A stretch of 64,000 nucleotides of DNA from Ranitomeya imitator (GCF_032444005.1 NC_091286.1:433814001-433878000); one strand, 5' to 3'; shown: positions 48,297-62,380, numbered from the stretch's first letter. Program-made: numbers and translations. The notes: generated by a model from the sequence alone, not told the origin.

Positions 48297-49770
48297 TTTG
48301 TAGCACCTGCCTATTAATCAACCTTCGATTTTCCCACCTTTGATGTTTCCTAATGTTAGGAGTAGAAAAAGAAGAAGCAGCAGCTGCTCTCCTGTGCTTT
48401 CATGTTCAGCAATGAATGGGGATCACCTGCCTAAAGAAAACCTCAACAAATGGCAAACAGTAATAAAAGGTGTCAGGGTAACTGCTGCTCTCTGTAGATC
48501 CCTGACATAATTACAAATCACACATAACTAATAATGAACGCCAGAGATTATCTACAGGCTTCATATAATAATGCCTACCGTTGTCATGAAATGCTACCAA
48601 TGCACGATCTGTTATTGCTACGGAGGACTCTGATTTAGAGAATCTAAAATGTGCCTCACGTCATTGTGAGAACTGGAAAAAAGCCCTGACTTGTCTGAGT
48701 CATATCCATTTGTTATGTTCTCCACATGTGCAATGCAGTAAACATGGGAGGAGCATCTGTCCGTTTCCTTGCTCAGGAATACCAGACAGGACAGTGACTA
48801 AAATACTGAAGCCAGACTGTACCTGCCAAGTTCTGCAGTCAGAGACCTTATAAATCGGATATCTAACCACACAGGAGACGTAATAACACATCAATGGAGT
48901 AATCAAATTACTTAGGCATCCTGTAGACCAACTCTAATGTAAGCTGCTGTTTTTAATCATCAACATTCTCATATACCGAGCCTTATATATTCAGAAGCCT
49001 TTCGGTTCTCATTTACTTAATATACTGATTAAATAATAGGCATTGAGCACATATTATAATATGGCCATGAGATTCTGTCCTAAATCAGATTAAGTATATT
49101 AGTATGAAGAAAGTGTGTGGCGCTCACCCATAATGTTTAAAGGGGACTTGGCATGTGAAAAACTCTAATAACCTGCAGCTATGAGGTTAATCTGCAGGTT
49201 AATAGGCCACCGCATTGACAGCCCGGCTGCCGAGAGAAAATGAACTTTATTCTCCTGGCAGCCTTAGGCTTTCAGTCATAGAGGTGCAGCCGGCGCTGCT
49301 TCAGTTACCGCTCAGTGCATAGCGAGTGCAGCTGTAACAGCGCCACTGCACTGACTGAAAGCTGAACAAACACTTTTGCATGTAGAGCCGACTGTTAATC
49401 GATGCTACCTAGCTAAGTGTAATCATTTGATAAGACAACAATAAGACTATGTTCACAGTGTCCTTTGAGGCATTCAAACACTGAGCGGCCGATTCATTAA
49501 GACTGGTGTTGCGCATGCCAATCTTAATGAAGGGCTTGCTAGAATATAATGCGCCTAATTCATTAAGCGACATACACCATTGAATGAACTAAGAGGTTTT
49601 AGAGCAGAAATTCCTCCTCAAACACTTAAAACTCTTTAAAAACTTCGAGGTTCTGCTCAATTTCTACTCTGATTTGCAAAAAGACTCTGTATACATACAG
49701 CCTCTAAGAGGAAACTAAGTTTTTGAGTTTTGTATTTCTGTATTTTATTCATTAATTTGTGCCCCTTTTA

Positions 49771-50548
49771 GGCCACATTCACACGTTGCGTCCTGTCCTG
49801 CGGGTTCTCCCGCAGCGGATTTGATAAATCTGCAGGACAAACCCGCTGCGGTTATCCCTGCAGATTTATCGCGGTTTGTCCTGCGGGTTCCGCTGCGGGA
49901 TTTTACTCCTACTATTGATGCTGCATATGCAGCAATATGCAGCATCAATAGTAATGTTAAAAATAATAAAATAATGATATATTCACCCTCTGACGTCCCG
50001 ATCTCCTCGGCGCTGCAGGCAGCGGTCCGGTTCCAAAGATGCTGTGCGACCAGGACCTTCGTGACGTCACGGTCATGTGACCGCGACGTCACCGCAGGTC
50101 CTGGTCGCATAGCAAACCTGAGACCGGACGGCCGCGTGCAGCGCTGAGACTTCAGAGTATATAATGATTTTTTTATTTTAATTCTTTTTTTTTTTTACTC
50201 AAATATGGTTCCCGGGGCCTAGAGGAGAGTCTCCTCTCCTCCACCCCGGGTACTACCCGCACATCATCCGCTTACTTCCCGCATGGTGTGCACAGTAAGT
50301 AAGCGGATCAATGCATTTCTATGGGTGCAGAATCTCTGCGATTCTGCACAAAGAAGTGACATGGTCCTTCTTTTTTTCCGCAGCAATTCAGTGCGTTTTT
50401 TTTCGGGATTTTCCGCAATGTGGGCACAGCGGTTTTTGTTTTCCATAGGGTAACATTGTACTGTACCCTGCATGGAAAACAGCTGCGGACCCGCAGCGGC
50501 AAAATCGCGGCGGTTCCACAGTAAAAACCGCATAGTGTGAACATACCC
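49771..50548 (-). mobile_element. Harbinger-type MITE (778 bp), sibling of 30125-30903
   Basis: TTA TSD on both sides; reverse-complement homology along its length. Confidence 0.85.
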
Positions 50549-50930
50549 TTAAAGTTAATTTGACTTTGTTTTGCCTTTTTTTGGCATTGTGAGCATCATT
50601 TTAGTTATACACATGTTTTAGACAAACCCGTCAGTTTCAACTTTTTGAAATGTTGCAAAATGTTTGCAAAATTGTACTTCAGTAACCTAGTAAAGAACAA
50701 ATGAAAAATAATAATGCAATGCATTTCGAAGGATCGTGAAGCTTTTGGCTCTAAAAAACACAAAAAAAGTAAGAGACAAAAGCATCTGTAATTCTACACA
50801 AAATTCACCAACCCAAGTCCCATTTTGAAGAATTTGGTGCAAAAAAAGGACAACGAAGACTACAACACAAAAAAGAAGAGTCACTTAAAAAAAAAAGCAA
50901 ATTATGAATTTGGGTCTCAGAATAGACAAA

Positions 50931-51410
50931 CTGAGAGGCACAGAAGCAGCCATCTGCAGACCGGACATAACTGCAAGAGAAGTATGCTGCCTTCCAGGTG
51001 CGATGATCAAGGATGTGACCGATAGGATACCAAAGCTCTTTAGCTCCAAGGACGTCCACCCATTTCTTCTGATACATGTTGGCACCAATGACACGGCAAG
51101 GAAGGACCTACCGACAATCTGCAAAGACTTTGAAGAGTTGGGGAAGAAAGTAAAGGAACTGGATGCACAGGTAGTTTTTTCTTCTATCCTTCCAGTAGAC
51201 GGGCATGGCACCAGGAGATGGAACAGGATCCTTGATGCAAACAACTGGCTAAGACGATGGTGCAGACAACAAGGATTCGGATTCCTGGACCACGGTGTGA
51301 ATTACTTGTACGATGGACTCCTCGCCAGAGACGGACTACACCTCAACAAACCTGGGAAACACACATTCGCCAGAAGACTCGCTACACTCATCAGGAGGGC
51401 GTTAAACTAG
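50931..51410 (+). pseudogene. CR1 ORF1 C-terminal SGNH/GDSL esterase domain, 5'-truncated
   Basis: LRGTE...LIHVGTND...ARDGLHL; the truncation removes the GDS(L) nucleophile motif expected just upstream. Confidence 0.85.
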
Positions 51411-54325
51411 AAGAAGAGGGGACGGGAAGAAAAACATTAGACTTGAACAAAGAAGATCCAGGAATACATACTCAGAAGGGAGGTAAGAACATTTCTAAAA
51501 CAATCCACAGTGAGGAGATTGGAACAAAACAAAATCCTCTAAACTGCATGCTCGCAAACGCCAGAAGCCTGACAAACAAGATGGAAGAACTAGAAGCAGA
51601 AATATCTACAGGTAACTTTGACATAGTGGGAATAACCGAGACATGGTTAGATGAAAGCTATGACTGGGCAGTTAACTTACAGGGTTACAGTCTGTTTAGA
51701 AAGGATCGTAAAAATCGGAGAGGAGGAGGGGTTTGTCTCTATGTAAAGTCTTGTCTAAAGTCCACTTTAATGGAGGATATTAGCGAAGGAAATGAGGATG
51801 TCGAGTCCATATGGGTCGAAATTCATGGAGGGAAAAATGGTAACAAAATTCTCATTGGGGTCTGTTACAAACCCCCAAATATAACAGAAACCATGGAAAG
51901 TCTACTTCTAAAGCAGATAGATGAAGCTGCAACCCATAATGAGGTCCTGGTTATGGGGGACTTTAACTACCCGGATATTAACTGGGAAACAGAAACCTGT
52001 GAAACCCATAAAGGCAACAGGTTTCTGCTAATAACCAAGAAAAATTATCTTTCACAATTGGTGCAGAATCCAACCAGAGGAGCAGCACTTTTAGACCTAA
52101 TACTATCTAATAGACCTGACAGAATAACAAATCTGCAGGTGGTCGGGCATCTAGGAAATAGCGACCACAATATTGTACAGTTTCACCTGTCTTTCACTAG
52201 GGGGACTTGTCAGGGAGTCACAAAAACACTGAACTTTAGGAAGGCAAAGTTTGACAAGCTTAGAGATGCCCTTAATCTGGTAGACTGGGACAATATCCTC
52301 AGAAATAAGAATACAGATAATAAATGGGAAATGTTTAAGAACATCCTAAATAGGCAGTGTAAGCGGTTTATACCTTGTGGGAATAAAAGGACTAGAAATA
52401 GGAAAAACCCAATGTGGCTAAACAAAGAAGTAAGACAGGCAATTAACAGTAAAAAGAAAGCATTTGCACTACTAAAGCAGGATGGCACCATTGAAGCTCT
52501 AAAAAACTATAGGGAGAAAAATACTTTATCTAAAAAACTAATTTAAACTGCCAAAAAGGAAACAGAGAAGCACATTGCTAAGGAGAGTAAAACTAATCCC
52601 AAACTGTTCTTCAACTATATCAATAGTAAAAGAATAAAAACTGAAAATGTAGGCCCCTTAAAAAATAGTGAGGAAAGAATGGTTGTAGATGACGAGGAAA
52701 AAGCTAACATATTAAACACCTTCTTCTCCACGGTATTCACGGTGGAAAATGAAATGCTAGGTGAAATCCCAAGAAACAATGAAAACCCTATATTAAGGGT
52801 CACCAATCTAACCCAAGAAGAGGTGCGAAACCGGCTAAATAAGATTAAAATAGATAAATCTCCGGGTCCGGATGGCATACACCCACGAGTACTAAGAGAA
52901 CTAAGTAATGTAATAGATAAACCATTATTTCTTATTTTTAGGGACTCTATAGCGACAGGGTCTGTTCCGCAGGATTGGCGCATAGCAAATGTGGTGCCAA
53001 TATTCAAAAAGGGCTCTAAAAGTGAACCTGGAAATTATAGGCCAGTAAGTCTAGCCTCTATTCTTGGTAAAATATTTGAAGGGTTTCTGAGGGATGTTAT
53101 TCTGGATTATCTCAATGAGAATAACTGTTTAACTCCATATCAGCATGGGTTTATGAGAAATCGCTCCTGTCAAACCAATCTAATCAGTTTTTATGAAGAG
53201 GTAAGCTATAGGCTGGACCACGGTGAGTCATTGGACGTGGTATATCTCGATTTTTCCAAAGCGTTTGATACCGTGCCGCACAAGAGGTTGGTACACAAAA
53301 TGAGAATGCTTGGTCTGGGGGAAATTGTGTGTAAATGGGTTAGTAACTGGCTTAGTGATAGAAAGCAGAGGGTGGTTATAAATGGTATAGTCTCTAACTG
53401 GGTCGCTGTGACCAGTGGGGTACCGCAGGGGTCAGTATTGGGACCTGTTCTCTTCAACATATTCATTAATGATCTGGTAGAAGGTTTACACAGTAAAATA
53501 TCGATATTTGCAGATGATACAAAACTATGTAAAGCAGTTAATACAAGAGAAGATAGTATTCTGCTACAGATGGATCTGGATAAGTTGGAAACTTGGGCTG
53601 AAAGGTGGCAGATGAGGTTTAACAATGATAAATGTAAGGTTATACACATGGGAAGAAGGAATCAATATCACCATTACACACTGAATGGGAAACCACTGGG
53701 TAAATCTGACAGGGAGAAGGACTTGGGGATCCTAGTTAATGATAAACTTACCTGGAGCAGCCAGTGCCAGGCAGCAGCTGCCAAGGCAAACAGGATCATG
53801 GGGTGCATGAAAAGAGGTCTGGATACACATGATGAGAGCATTATACTGCCTCTGTACAAATCCCTAGTTAGACCGCACATAGAGTACTGTGTCCAGTTTT
53901 GGGCACCGGTGCTCAGGAAGGATATAATGGAACTAGAGAGAGTACAAAGGAGGGCAACAAAATTAATAAAGGGGATGGGAGAACTACAATACCCAGATAG
54001 ATTAGCGAAATTAGGATTATTTAGTCTAGAAAAAAGACGACTGAGGGGCGATCTAATAACCATGTATAAGTATATAAGGGGACAATACAAATATCTCGCT
54101 GAAGATCTGTTTATACCAAGGAAGGTGACGGGCACAAGGGGGCATTCTTTGCGTCTGGAGGAGAGAAGGTTTTTCCACCAACATAGAAGAGGATTCTTTA
54201 CTGTTAGGGCAGTGAGAATCTGGAATTGCTTGCCTGAGGAGGTGGTGATGGCGAACTCAGTCGAGGGGTTCAAGAGAGGCCTGGATGTCTTCCTGGAGCA
54301 GAACAATATTGTATCATACAATTAG
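51407..54325 (+). pseudogene. CR1 ORF2 (APE endonuclease + RT) with one premature stop
   Basis: One reading frame (first ATG 51548); NARS, ITETWL, MGDFN, SDH; RT PQGSVLGP, FADD; TAA at 52544-52546 is the only interruption. Confidence 0.93.
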
Positions 54326-54569
54326 GTTCTGTAGAAGGACGTAGATCTGGGGATTTATTATGATGGAATATAGGCTGAACTGGATGGACAAATGTCTTTT
54401 TTCGGCCTTACTAACTATGTTACTATGTTACTATGTTACTATGTTACAAAATTAAAATATTCATGTTGGGTGAAACAATTTAAGCATCTTTAGCCGGTCC
54501 AGGTTTAAATCATCTATTTGTCAATTTCCTTTCAAACCACATTTTAAATTAAAAAAAAAAAATGGAACA

Positions 54570-55870
54570 CTTATTAAATTTGGGATATTGATGACGTTTT
54601 CTTCATATGGGACGGTTCCCCAGATTCCTTAACATTGTTTCTTAATGTGATCAATAATAACGATTACTTATTACATTTGACTTCAACAGTGCGAAAAGAA
54701 GAGAGTTAACTTTTCGGATTCTACTATTTTTATCAACAAGGATCATCTACCAAAAGCTATTGGTTTCTGAATATTCCAAAAGGTCAATTTACTAGCCTTC
54801 ATCTTAGATGTGCTCCTGAGGAGGACTACGAACACAGGCGATATTCCTAAACAATCAATTTATCAACTGGGATAATGATGAGGAAAATGTAACGTGTAAA
54901 TAGGAACAAGTCAGTATGACGGAACGAAAGCATCTAATCCATAAAGCAACAATTAGCAGTTTTTCCTTACAAGAACAAATAGGCCAAGTACCAATACACT
55001 CAATTTCCGAATCAAGCAGGTAATTAAAGAATATTGTTCATGAATACTGGCTGATCTTAACACAGGATAACATCACTGGTAGTTACCTTCCACACAAAAC
55101 CAAATTTGTCTTTCGTAAAACTAAAACTTTGGGTCAAATGATGGCACGTATTATAATGGGAAGCAATATTGTAGAATAAAGACCCACGAACATCATGGAG
55201 AGGATAATGAAAATGGTAAGAGTAAGAAAAGGGATTTTTTACTCCATCCTTTAGGAATTGCTCTGGATGAAAACAAACTGTCCAAAATTATACATCCAAC
55301 CAACAATTCCATAATAGTAATGGGTCACAATTGTTTAGAATTAGATACTGTACACTGTTACATGCTGTACAAAAGAGATAAAAAGATCTATGTTGGCCGC
55401 AAAAAGAGAAGCTTCTCTAAACGTATTAGGCTACTCAACATTTTTTGGTGCCGACGGTCCGACTCAACACGACGCAACCGTAGCAAGAAGGTTGAGACGT
55501 GTGGCAATGCGTCGCTAATACAAGCCTATGGAGAAAAAACGCATCCTGCAGACAACTTTGCAGGATGCGTTTTTCTGCAAAACGACGCATTGTGACGGAG
55601 GCCAAACGACGCTACTGTGAAAGTAGCCTTAGGGAACATTACTCCAATATAACGAGGCTTTACGGGACATCCTCTCGCACATCACTATGTTGATGTCCAT
55701 AATTAATTTTGTCAAAGCATAATCTTTAATGGCACATAAAAAATATTAAAGGGATGGAGAAGGGGGTATTTTGAAAGTAAGATGTCCAGAGCCTAGTCTA
55801 AATGCATTTTTTCATTCAATGCTCTAGCCCCAAAGGTGTTAAATTGTGATATTGAACTACATGCCTTTTT
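54570..55870 (+). mobile_element. Decayed Penelope-like element (RT + GIY-YIG remnants)
   Basis: DIDDVFFIW, FVFRKTKTLG, IYVGRKKRSFSKRI|REHYSNI (rejoined across a MITE), APKG..NCDIEL. Confidence 0.7.
55429..55628. mobile_element. Harbinger-type MITE (200 bp)
   Basis: TTA TSD on both sides; TIR ggctact; splits the KRI|REH motif. Confidence 0.75.
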
Positions 55871-56097
55871 ACATTGATGAGGTCCTTTATACGGGCAGCT
55901 ATGAGTGTAGTTTGTATATCTGCATGTGTGTATAGTTGTACATATGCCCCAACCCTCTTCCCTCTGTCTCCTCCATTCCTCATTTTCCCTCTTATTATGC
56001 CTATATGTGCATTTATACAAGTGTGGTGTAGGTGCATATGTTTCATACACATTGATGGTACTCATTTTTCTGTGTATAGTTTTCATGCACCTTTGCT

Positions 56098-56512
56098 ATG
56101 TGAAAAAAATGTTCCTGTGTTGAGAAAATCTTATAAATGTGCCCCTGCTACAGTATGTACTGTGTAATGACCGTGTCTGACCATGCAGGAACTTGGTCTG
56201 ATCATACCACATCTCCTGGGCAGGGGAGGAAGCAAAATAGTGTACGGACATTACAGCAGGGGAACAGAGCTGATTCTTTTTGTGAGGTAAAACAAGTTTT
56301 AAACAGGCAGGGAAATGTTTTACCTCACAGAAAACCAACAGCCGTGATCCCCTGCTGTAATGTCTGTATACTCTCTTTTGCTTCCCCCCCTGCCCAGGAG
56401 CTGTGGTATGATCAGACCATGTTCCTGTACGGTCAGACACAGCCATTACACAGTACACAGCAGGGGCACATCTATAAGATTATCTCCACGCAGGAACATT
56501 TTTTAAACACAT
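56098..56512. mobile_element. Palindromic foldback element (~410 bp)
   Basis: Arms are reverse complements around about 56305; explains the similar plus and minus ORFs here. Confidence 0.8.
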
Positions 56513-59500
56513 CCAATTGTAAAACATATCATTATTACAAGATCTATTACCGTATATACTTTGTTCTTGGGACAACTCATTTAAGAAAGCTGTGGACAGA
56601 TGCAGACAGGTGACGTTACTAGATAACATTAGAAAAAATTCCTAGAATATTCCCTAATGCCAGCCTGAAGGAGCCGACTTTCATGAACACTGTCTATTTA
56701 AATCTTCCACTGGTTTATTTAAAGTACTGCATAAACCAGTGCAACGTTGGCAAAAACAATCCCGGTCTTCCTGGTCTAACAGAAAAAACAAAACATAATG
56801 TATGGCACAGTCCTTGTTGCTATCGGAATCCACCCATTTCAGGAACAAACAACAAAAGGTTAAGTTATTCTTAACATGCAAAACACAGCTCCAGAGCTTT
56901 GCACCTCCTGGTACACCCCTTCTGAATGTTCTAGAAGACTGTCTCCTCTCACTCTACAGCTGTTCAATTAACCTACCACTAAACATGGCTGATTAACCCC
57001 TTCTAGCACTTAGTGTGCTGGAGCAATTTCCTAGGTTACTGTCACTGAAGCTAAAACCCTTAGTGAAACATAGCGCCCCTCCAATACTTTCCCAGTGACT
57101 TTGCACAGTATGTTTAAAGCTAGTGATAGAATCAAATTAATTTCTTAATGTGGTTTTCCATCCCAGGGCAAGTTTTTGTCAAGCACTGTAGCATGCCAAA
57201 TCTTATAAGTATGTACACTATGGTACTTTTCCGAGTTTACAGTGAATAAAAAAAACACCTCCACCAGGACTACATCTATGTGAATGCACCAGTAAGTAAA
57301 ATACTAATAACTCTAGCAAAAATATGCCATTATATTTTTTTATTTTGCTGTCACAAAATAAAAAGTGAATGTATGGAATCTTTAAATCTAAATGGCACAA
57401 CATGCTGCACCGTGACAATTATTCTTTGCATTCAGACTGAATCCTACTTGCAGGATTTCACCTCTGCATAGCTCTTGGGTATTGAATGTTTCAATGGCTA
57501 ATTGTCGTAAGCAGAGAACCTGAACTGTTTTCGTTACGCAGTTCTGCAAGTACCTAAATGTTAACAATAGAACATACTCCAGGAGGTAAGTCAGAACTAC
57601 ATTATTACACCAGTTCGGCTCTCTAAAAAGTCAAGTGGGCGGTAGAAGTGGGCAGCAGAACATTATGATGTAAGAACCCGCTTTAAAATATCCCACAGAT
57701 TATTGATTAATTTTCATCACGCTTTGGTAAAAAATACAGTATATTCTGTATTATGATTATGATATGTACCATATACATTTTATTATGATAAGTATACATT
57801 TTACTGAATAATGGGAAAGTTTTCCTTTAGAGCTACTCTTTACACAAATCTGATGAAAGGAAAGCAGGGCTATGATATATCAAAATTCTAAAAGAACAAA
57901 AGAACAATATATGTGCCACGATGCATTATGGCAGACTAAACACTTGTAGTTTATTGTAAGGAGATAGACGAATGAAAAGCGGCACACAGATAATGCCTAA
58001 CAGAGTGTTTTGCAAGCGAACAACGTCATCTGTTAGTCCAAGTTGATAAAGTGAATGCAGAAAGAATTGCATTAGCAGGAACTCAAGGGTGAAGTGCATG
58101 TTCCGTCAGGTAAGAGATTGGAGAAGACACCAGGCCCAGGAAAGCAGTGAAGGGATGGAGTTGGTGCTTGAACCTGTAGTAGAACGGATGGAACAGCGAG
58201 CTAGCTTATAACCGTCATTATGAGAGACCACATCCGATTAAAGAGGCCAAGAAACCAGACCCAAGTAAAGACCAGAGAAAGACCAAAACCGGGTAATGAT
58301 TTGAAAGAAACCATAGCCGAGTAAAGATCTGAAAGAGACCAGAGCCGAGTAGACCTGAGAGACCAAAGCTGGGGGAGCTGGGCAAAGCAAGCAGAACTTG
58401 ATCTGAGAGAGAGCGACGACTAGTCTGCAGTAGAGGGACACTCATGGGAGCTGCGTACACGTACGGTACAAAGCGGGAACCAGGGAGGAACAAGAAAGGC
58501 CAGTGTGACGAGTATGAAGTTACTTACCATCCTCGGACTTGCGGTCTAGTGGGTAGCATCGTTGATCCTCTTTAGGGCCTGTGTGATGTTTTGTAGTGTC
58601 TAGAAAGTGACAACAGTGACGAACCCGGTAGCAACAGTGACGCCCTTTAGGTTGGGGTATTAGCATTAAAAATCACCAAAATAACAGTTATTTAATGGTA
58701 ATAATAGAACAACACAGTGTAATTAGCTTTATGTCAATATCATGTTCAGCTGAACTATGTATTTGTCTTTTAACATAACTTTCTCAATTTTTACTTTTTG
58801 CATTACCCACTGACTGGTACTGTGCCAAAAGGCATCCTTTTGAGTATTAATAGAACAAATAGTTGTTGGTTTATGTACCACTGTCTCCTCATTGTTTGCG
58901 CAGTTGCATCCACGTACCTGTTAACATTACATAGATTGGATACAGTATGCAAAAATGACTGTTTATTATTGCTTATTTAGTGGACAAGTAAAGATGAGCA
59001 AATTTGGCAGATCACTGACTTTGGCAGGAAAATTCAAGCTGTTTGCTGTCAATTGAATGTTTATTTTTGCTCTATGGTCTCTACTGAGCATAATAAACAA
59101 AGGTTGTAAAGAAAAAAATATTAATACTTGCCTTACCACTCATCTGTTCCGCTGCCATCACAGCCTGACGTTCTGTTCTCTGTGCCATTCAGCCCCTTCT
59201 TTCCAGTTTCCCTCATCACTTGACAACCTCTTTGGCCTTCTTCACATTGCTTTGGGGTTTCCAGTGCCTTTGAAGTCAAGGTACATGTCATGTCGGTAAG
59301 ACTTGCATCGCACAAGGCCTAGTCAGCGTCTAGGGTGATGCAAATGTTGTGATTTCATGTTGCATTGTACGCCTTCATGTCAAAGACTTATTTGACACCA
59401 GATGACCCAGCACAGAGTGAAGAAGGTCGAAGATTTCAAGCGACCGTGGACTGTGGAAAGAAGATGTCAGGTAGTGGACTCCAGTAGCATCCAAAATGGC

Positions 59501-60034
59501 AAAGTAAATATTCATTTTCATTTTGTAACTCATTTCTATAACTCCACATTTCAGTAAAATGGAGGCCAGCTAAGCACCAATTTGCTAAATTCACAGTAAG
59601 CAAATTATTATTTCTTTGCAAAATTCAATTTACCTCAAACAAATTTGCTCATTTTTACTGACCACACTATTGACAACTACCAGTGAGACAAGCTGAATTA
59701 TGATGGCCATCTTGACAAAGAAAAAAAAAACAGATTTCCCAGCTATACTGATTATTAGTGTCACAGAATTACAGCAACAGAGAGGAGCCAGAAGACCGCA
59801 GTGTCTGATTGCTCTTACTCCTGTGCTGAGAAGCACTTCTTCTTTTTAATCGTGTTTATTTCTTTTGGCAGAACAGGGGTTAATCAGCCATGTTGGAAAC
59901 TCTGAGCTCTCAGCTGAGCTCAATTAGCCACTTCTTTCCCCTTTATAATCTGGGTCCTGATTCAAACCCATGTCAGAGCTAGCTTTCTCTGCATAGCTTA
60001 GGAGGAGAGGTGTTAATATGTTTACGTGTTATAT

Positions 60035-60203
60035 ATTATTATTATTATTATTATTATTTATTTATATAGCACCATTGATTCCATGGTGCTGTACATGAGA
60101 AGGGGTTACATACAAGTTACAAATATCACATACAGTAAACAAACTAACAATGACGGACTGATACAGAGGGGCGAGGACCCTGCCCTTGCGGGCTTACATT
60201 CTA
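60035..60203 (-). mobile_element. 3' end of an L2-type LINE/SINE with (AAT)n tail
   Basis: Minus strand ...agcacca-tggaatcaa-tggtgct hairpin followed by ataaataataat... Confidence 0.75.
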
Positions 60204-60639
60204 CAGAATGTAAGAATAAGAATAAGCATAAGAATATATGCTTATGTGTTATGGTTTTTCCCATTCTACACTGCCCGATGCATTCCTCTGTTATATGTGA
60301 GTGAATATTTGCATGCCTGGTATTTGCAGTTACCCCCTTGTTTCTGTAGCTATGTTTGTAGGGTTGGTGTACTACGGTGCACAGTAGAGCCCCTACTGGA
60401 GGGCTAACTCAAGAAATAAGGAACGGGGGGATGGCCCCGGCATCTTCACCTTCAGAAGTATCCCGGGGAATAGGGCAAGCTAGAGTGCCCCCTAATGGTA
60501 AGGACATGGAAGGAGTCCCTGGTGCCGGGTCACCCAACAGCTGAGCCATAACAATTAGCTATTTAAAGCCTGCATCAAAGTTTAATTTTGTGACCTTTTG
60601 ACCTGTAATTTTCTGGTTCAAATTGCCTTAAATGGTTAT

Positions 60640-60938
60640 AATATTAGAAAGTACCTCCAATTAGAAATGTACTATAGTTCTCCTGATTAACTAAGTCGCT
60701 TACCTTATGCGCAGGGCTTTGCAGTAGCTTAGGTATCCATGGTTATGACCACTCATATAGTAAAAGTTAGTGTTCATAACCATGGATACCTAACCTACTG
60801 CAATGCCCTGCACATGGGGTAAGTGGCATAGTGAATCAGAAGAACTATACTATATTTCTAATTGGAGATATTTGTTAATATTATTTTTATTACACCTACT
60901 ACATACTGGGATAGAATCTTAGAGATGGGAATTTCCTT
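60640..60938. mobile_element. Palindromic Kolobok/T2-type MITE remnant
   Basis: Arms complementary around about 60760 (aggtatccatggttatga / tcataaccatggatacct); right end ...cct-TTAA-like. Confidence 0.6.
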
Positions 60939-61389
60939 TTAAGCCCTGGCAGTGCGTGTGCCCAATGTTGCCATAACAAGTATATTAACTTCCTGCTGTC
61001 TGTACTTCATTGTCCATTTGTTGCTAATTCTTGCTTACCAAATGGATGTTGCAGTTAATATCAGCGATTTCGGCAGATCATCTAATGTGTATTGAGGCTT
61101 CACACCTCTTTCCTGACAGATGATGTTGGGGAGAGGAGGATTTAGCAGTGGTCCTACCTTTGAAATTACAGGAGCATCTGGCTGAGTCAAGCGTTTCTCT
61201 GTATGGGAGTCAGGAGAGATAGTTGGAGGCTGAATGATTGTTCTGCCATCAGCTAATTTGTATGGCCAGCTTTAGCATGGATTAGTACATTTGTGCCTGT
61301 TACGTCAGGTAACCACTTGCTCTGGTGAATTTTACTATGCCTTAGTCAGAGAGAACTTGTATGTTGTTATTGGACTAATAAAGTGCCAA

Positions 61390-62097
61390 TGTCACGCTCG
61401 GACATAGGTGAGTCAGGCGGACAACACAGAATGCAAAAACAACAGGATGGAAAAGGGAAAGGAAAGCCCGAACCGTAGGGAGCGAGGGATGCGCACACCT
61501 CCTGACGCAAATCTGTGCCTGTCCCTAAGCTCCCCTAACTCCCTATGTGAGTCCTTCCCCCCACCATCATGTGCCTAGTCCCTGATTGTCACCTCAATAT
61601 ACCCTGGCTAGTGCACTGGCCAGCAAGGATGCTAGCCTTACCACTGCAGATGGTGATGCACAGAGGAAGAGACAAAAAAGGGACAGACAAAGAAAAAGGG
61701 AGAAAACTGCTCAGCTTCAGGCTCTGCTGCTAAGCTCCAAAGCAGCATAGAAAACAGCACCAGGAATCTCAAGTCCCATAGCAGCAACACCACCGAAAAA
61801 AAGAGAGCTCCAAACCGGTAGCTGGTCTGAATAAAACTCTATTACCGATGATCAGCTGATGGGTCATGTGACTATTTAGGAAGGTGGGAGTGGTTACCAA
61901 CCAACATCAGCTGACCAACCTAAAACAGCCAGCAAGAGACTGACATTAACTCTTGCTGAACCAAAAGGAAATAACAACATTTAAATTTCAGCAGAACCAG
62001 AGCTTCCAAGAATCCCTTAATGAATCCCAATGGATAAAGGTTGCCCAAAAAGTAAAATGTGCAATCCTGTTTGGTTGTGCATCAGCATAGTCTGACA
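61390..62097. mobile_element. Solo-LTR-like relic
   Basis: TGTCA...TGACA ends and LTR-like composition; no TSD match. Confidence 0.4.
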
Positions 62098-62238
62098 GAT
62101 TTTAGGGGATTTCTGTGGAAATCTGAATTACAATGCAAGTACTGTATGGGAACATTCCTGTTCCTCTATTGTTTTTTGTAGAAGGCATGGCAATTTCCCA
62201 TAACATGTTTTCCCATGATTCAATTACGGTATATGTAT

Positions 62239-62380
62239 CCTATGATTAAGGGCGTTTCCGTGAGCTAGAAATGCGTCAGGTTTTAAAATTCCCCTTCTGG
62301 ATCCTGATTTTAATGGATACTCAAAAAAGATTGCTTTTACCGGATGGATGTGCCGTATACTCCTCCTGCTCTTCATTGTT
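62239..62380 (+). mobile_element. Penelope-like terminal relic with a degenerate hammerhead-like motif
   Basis: cct-ATGATTAA-gggc...gagcta-GAAA-tgc-GTC-agg, followed by a Penelope-like terminal segment. Confidence 0.45.

Larger units (their letters stand above)
50931..54445 (+). mobile_element. 5'-truncated CR1 LINE
   Basis: ORF1 esterase C-terminus, APE-RT ORF2, 3' hairpin, (ACTATGTT)x4 tail; acaaa flanks both ends (50926-50930, 54446-54450). Confidence 0.95.

Noticed and set aside
47439-48343. Long His/Thr or Cys/Val ORFs
   Set aside because: Microsatellite plus N-gaps.
57542-57585. 44-nt segment with a perfect AG|GTAAGT donor
   Set aside because: Not phase-compatible with the other candidate exons and has only a moderate acceptor; insufficient support.
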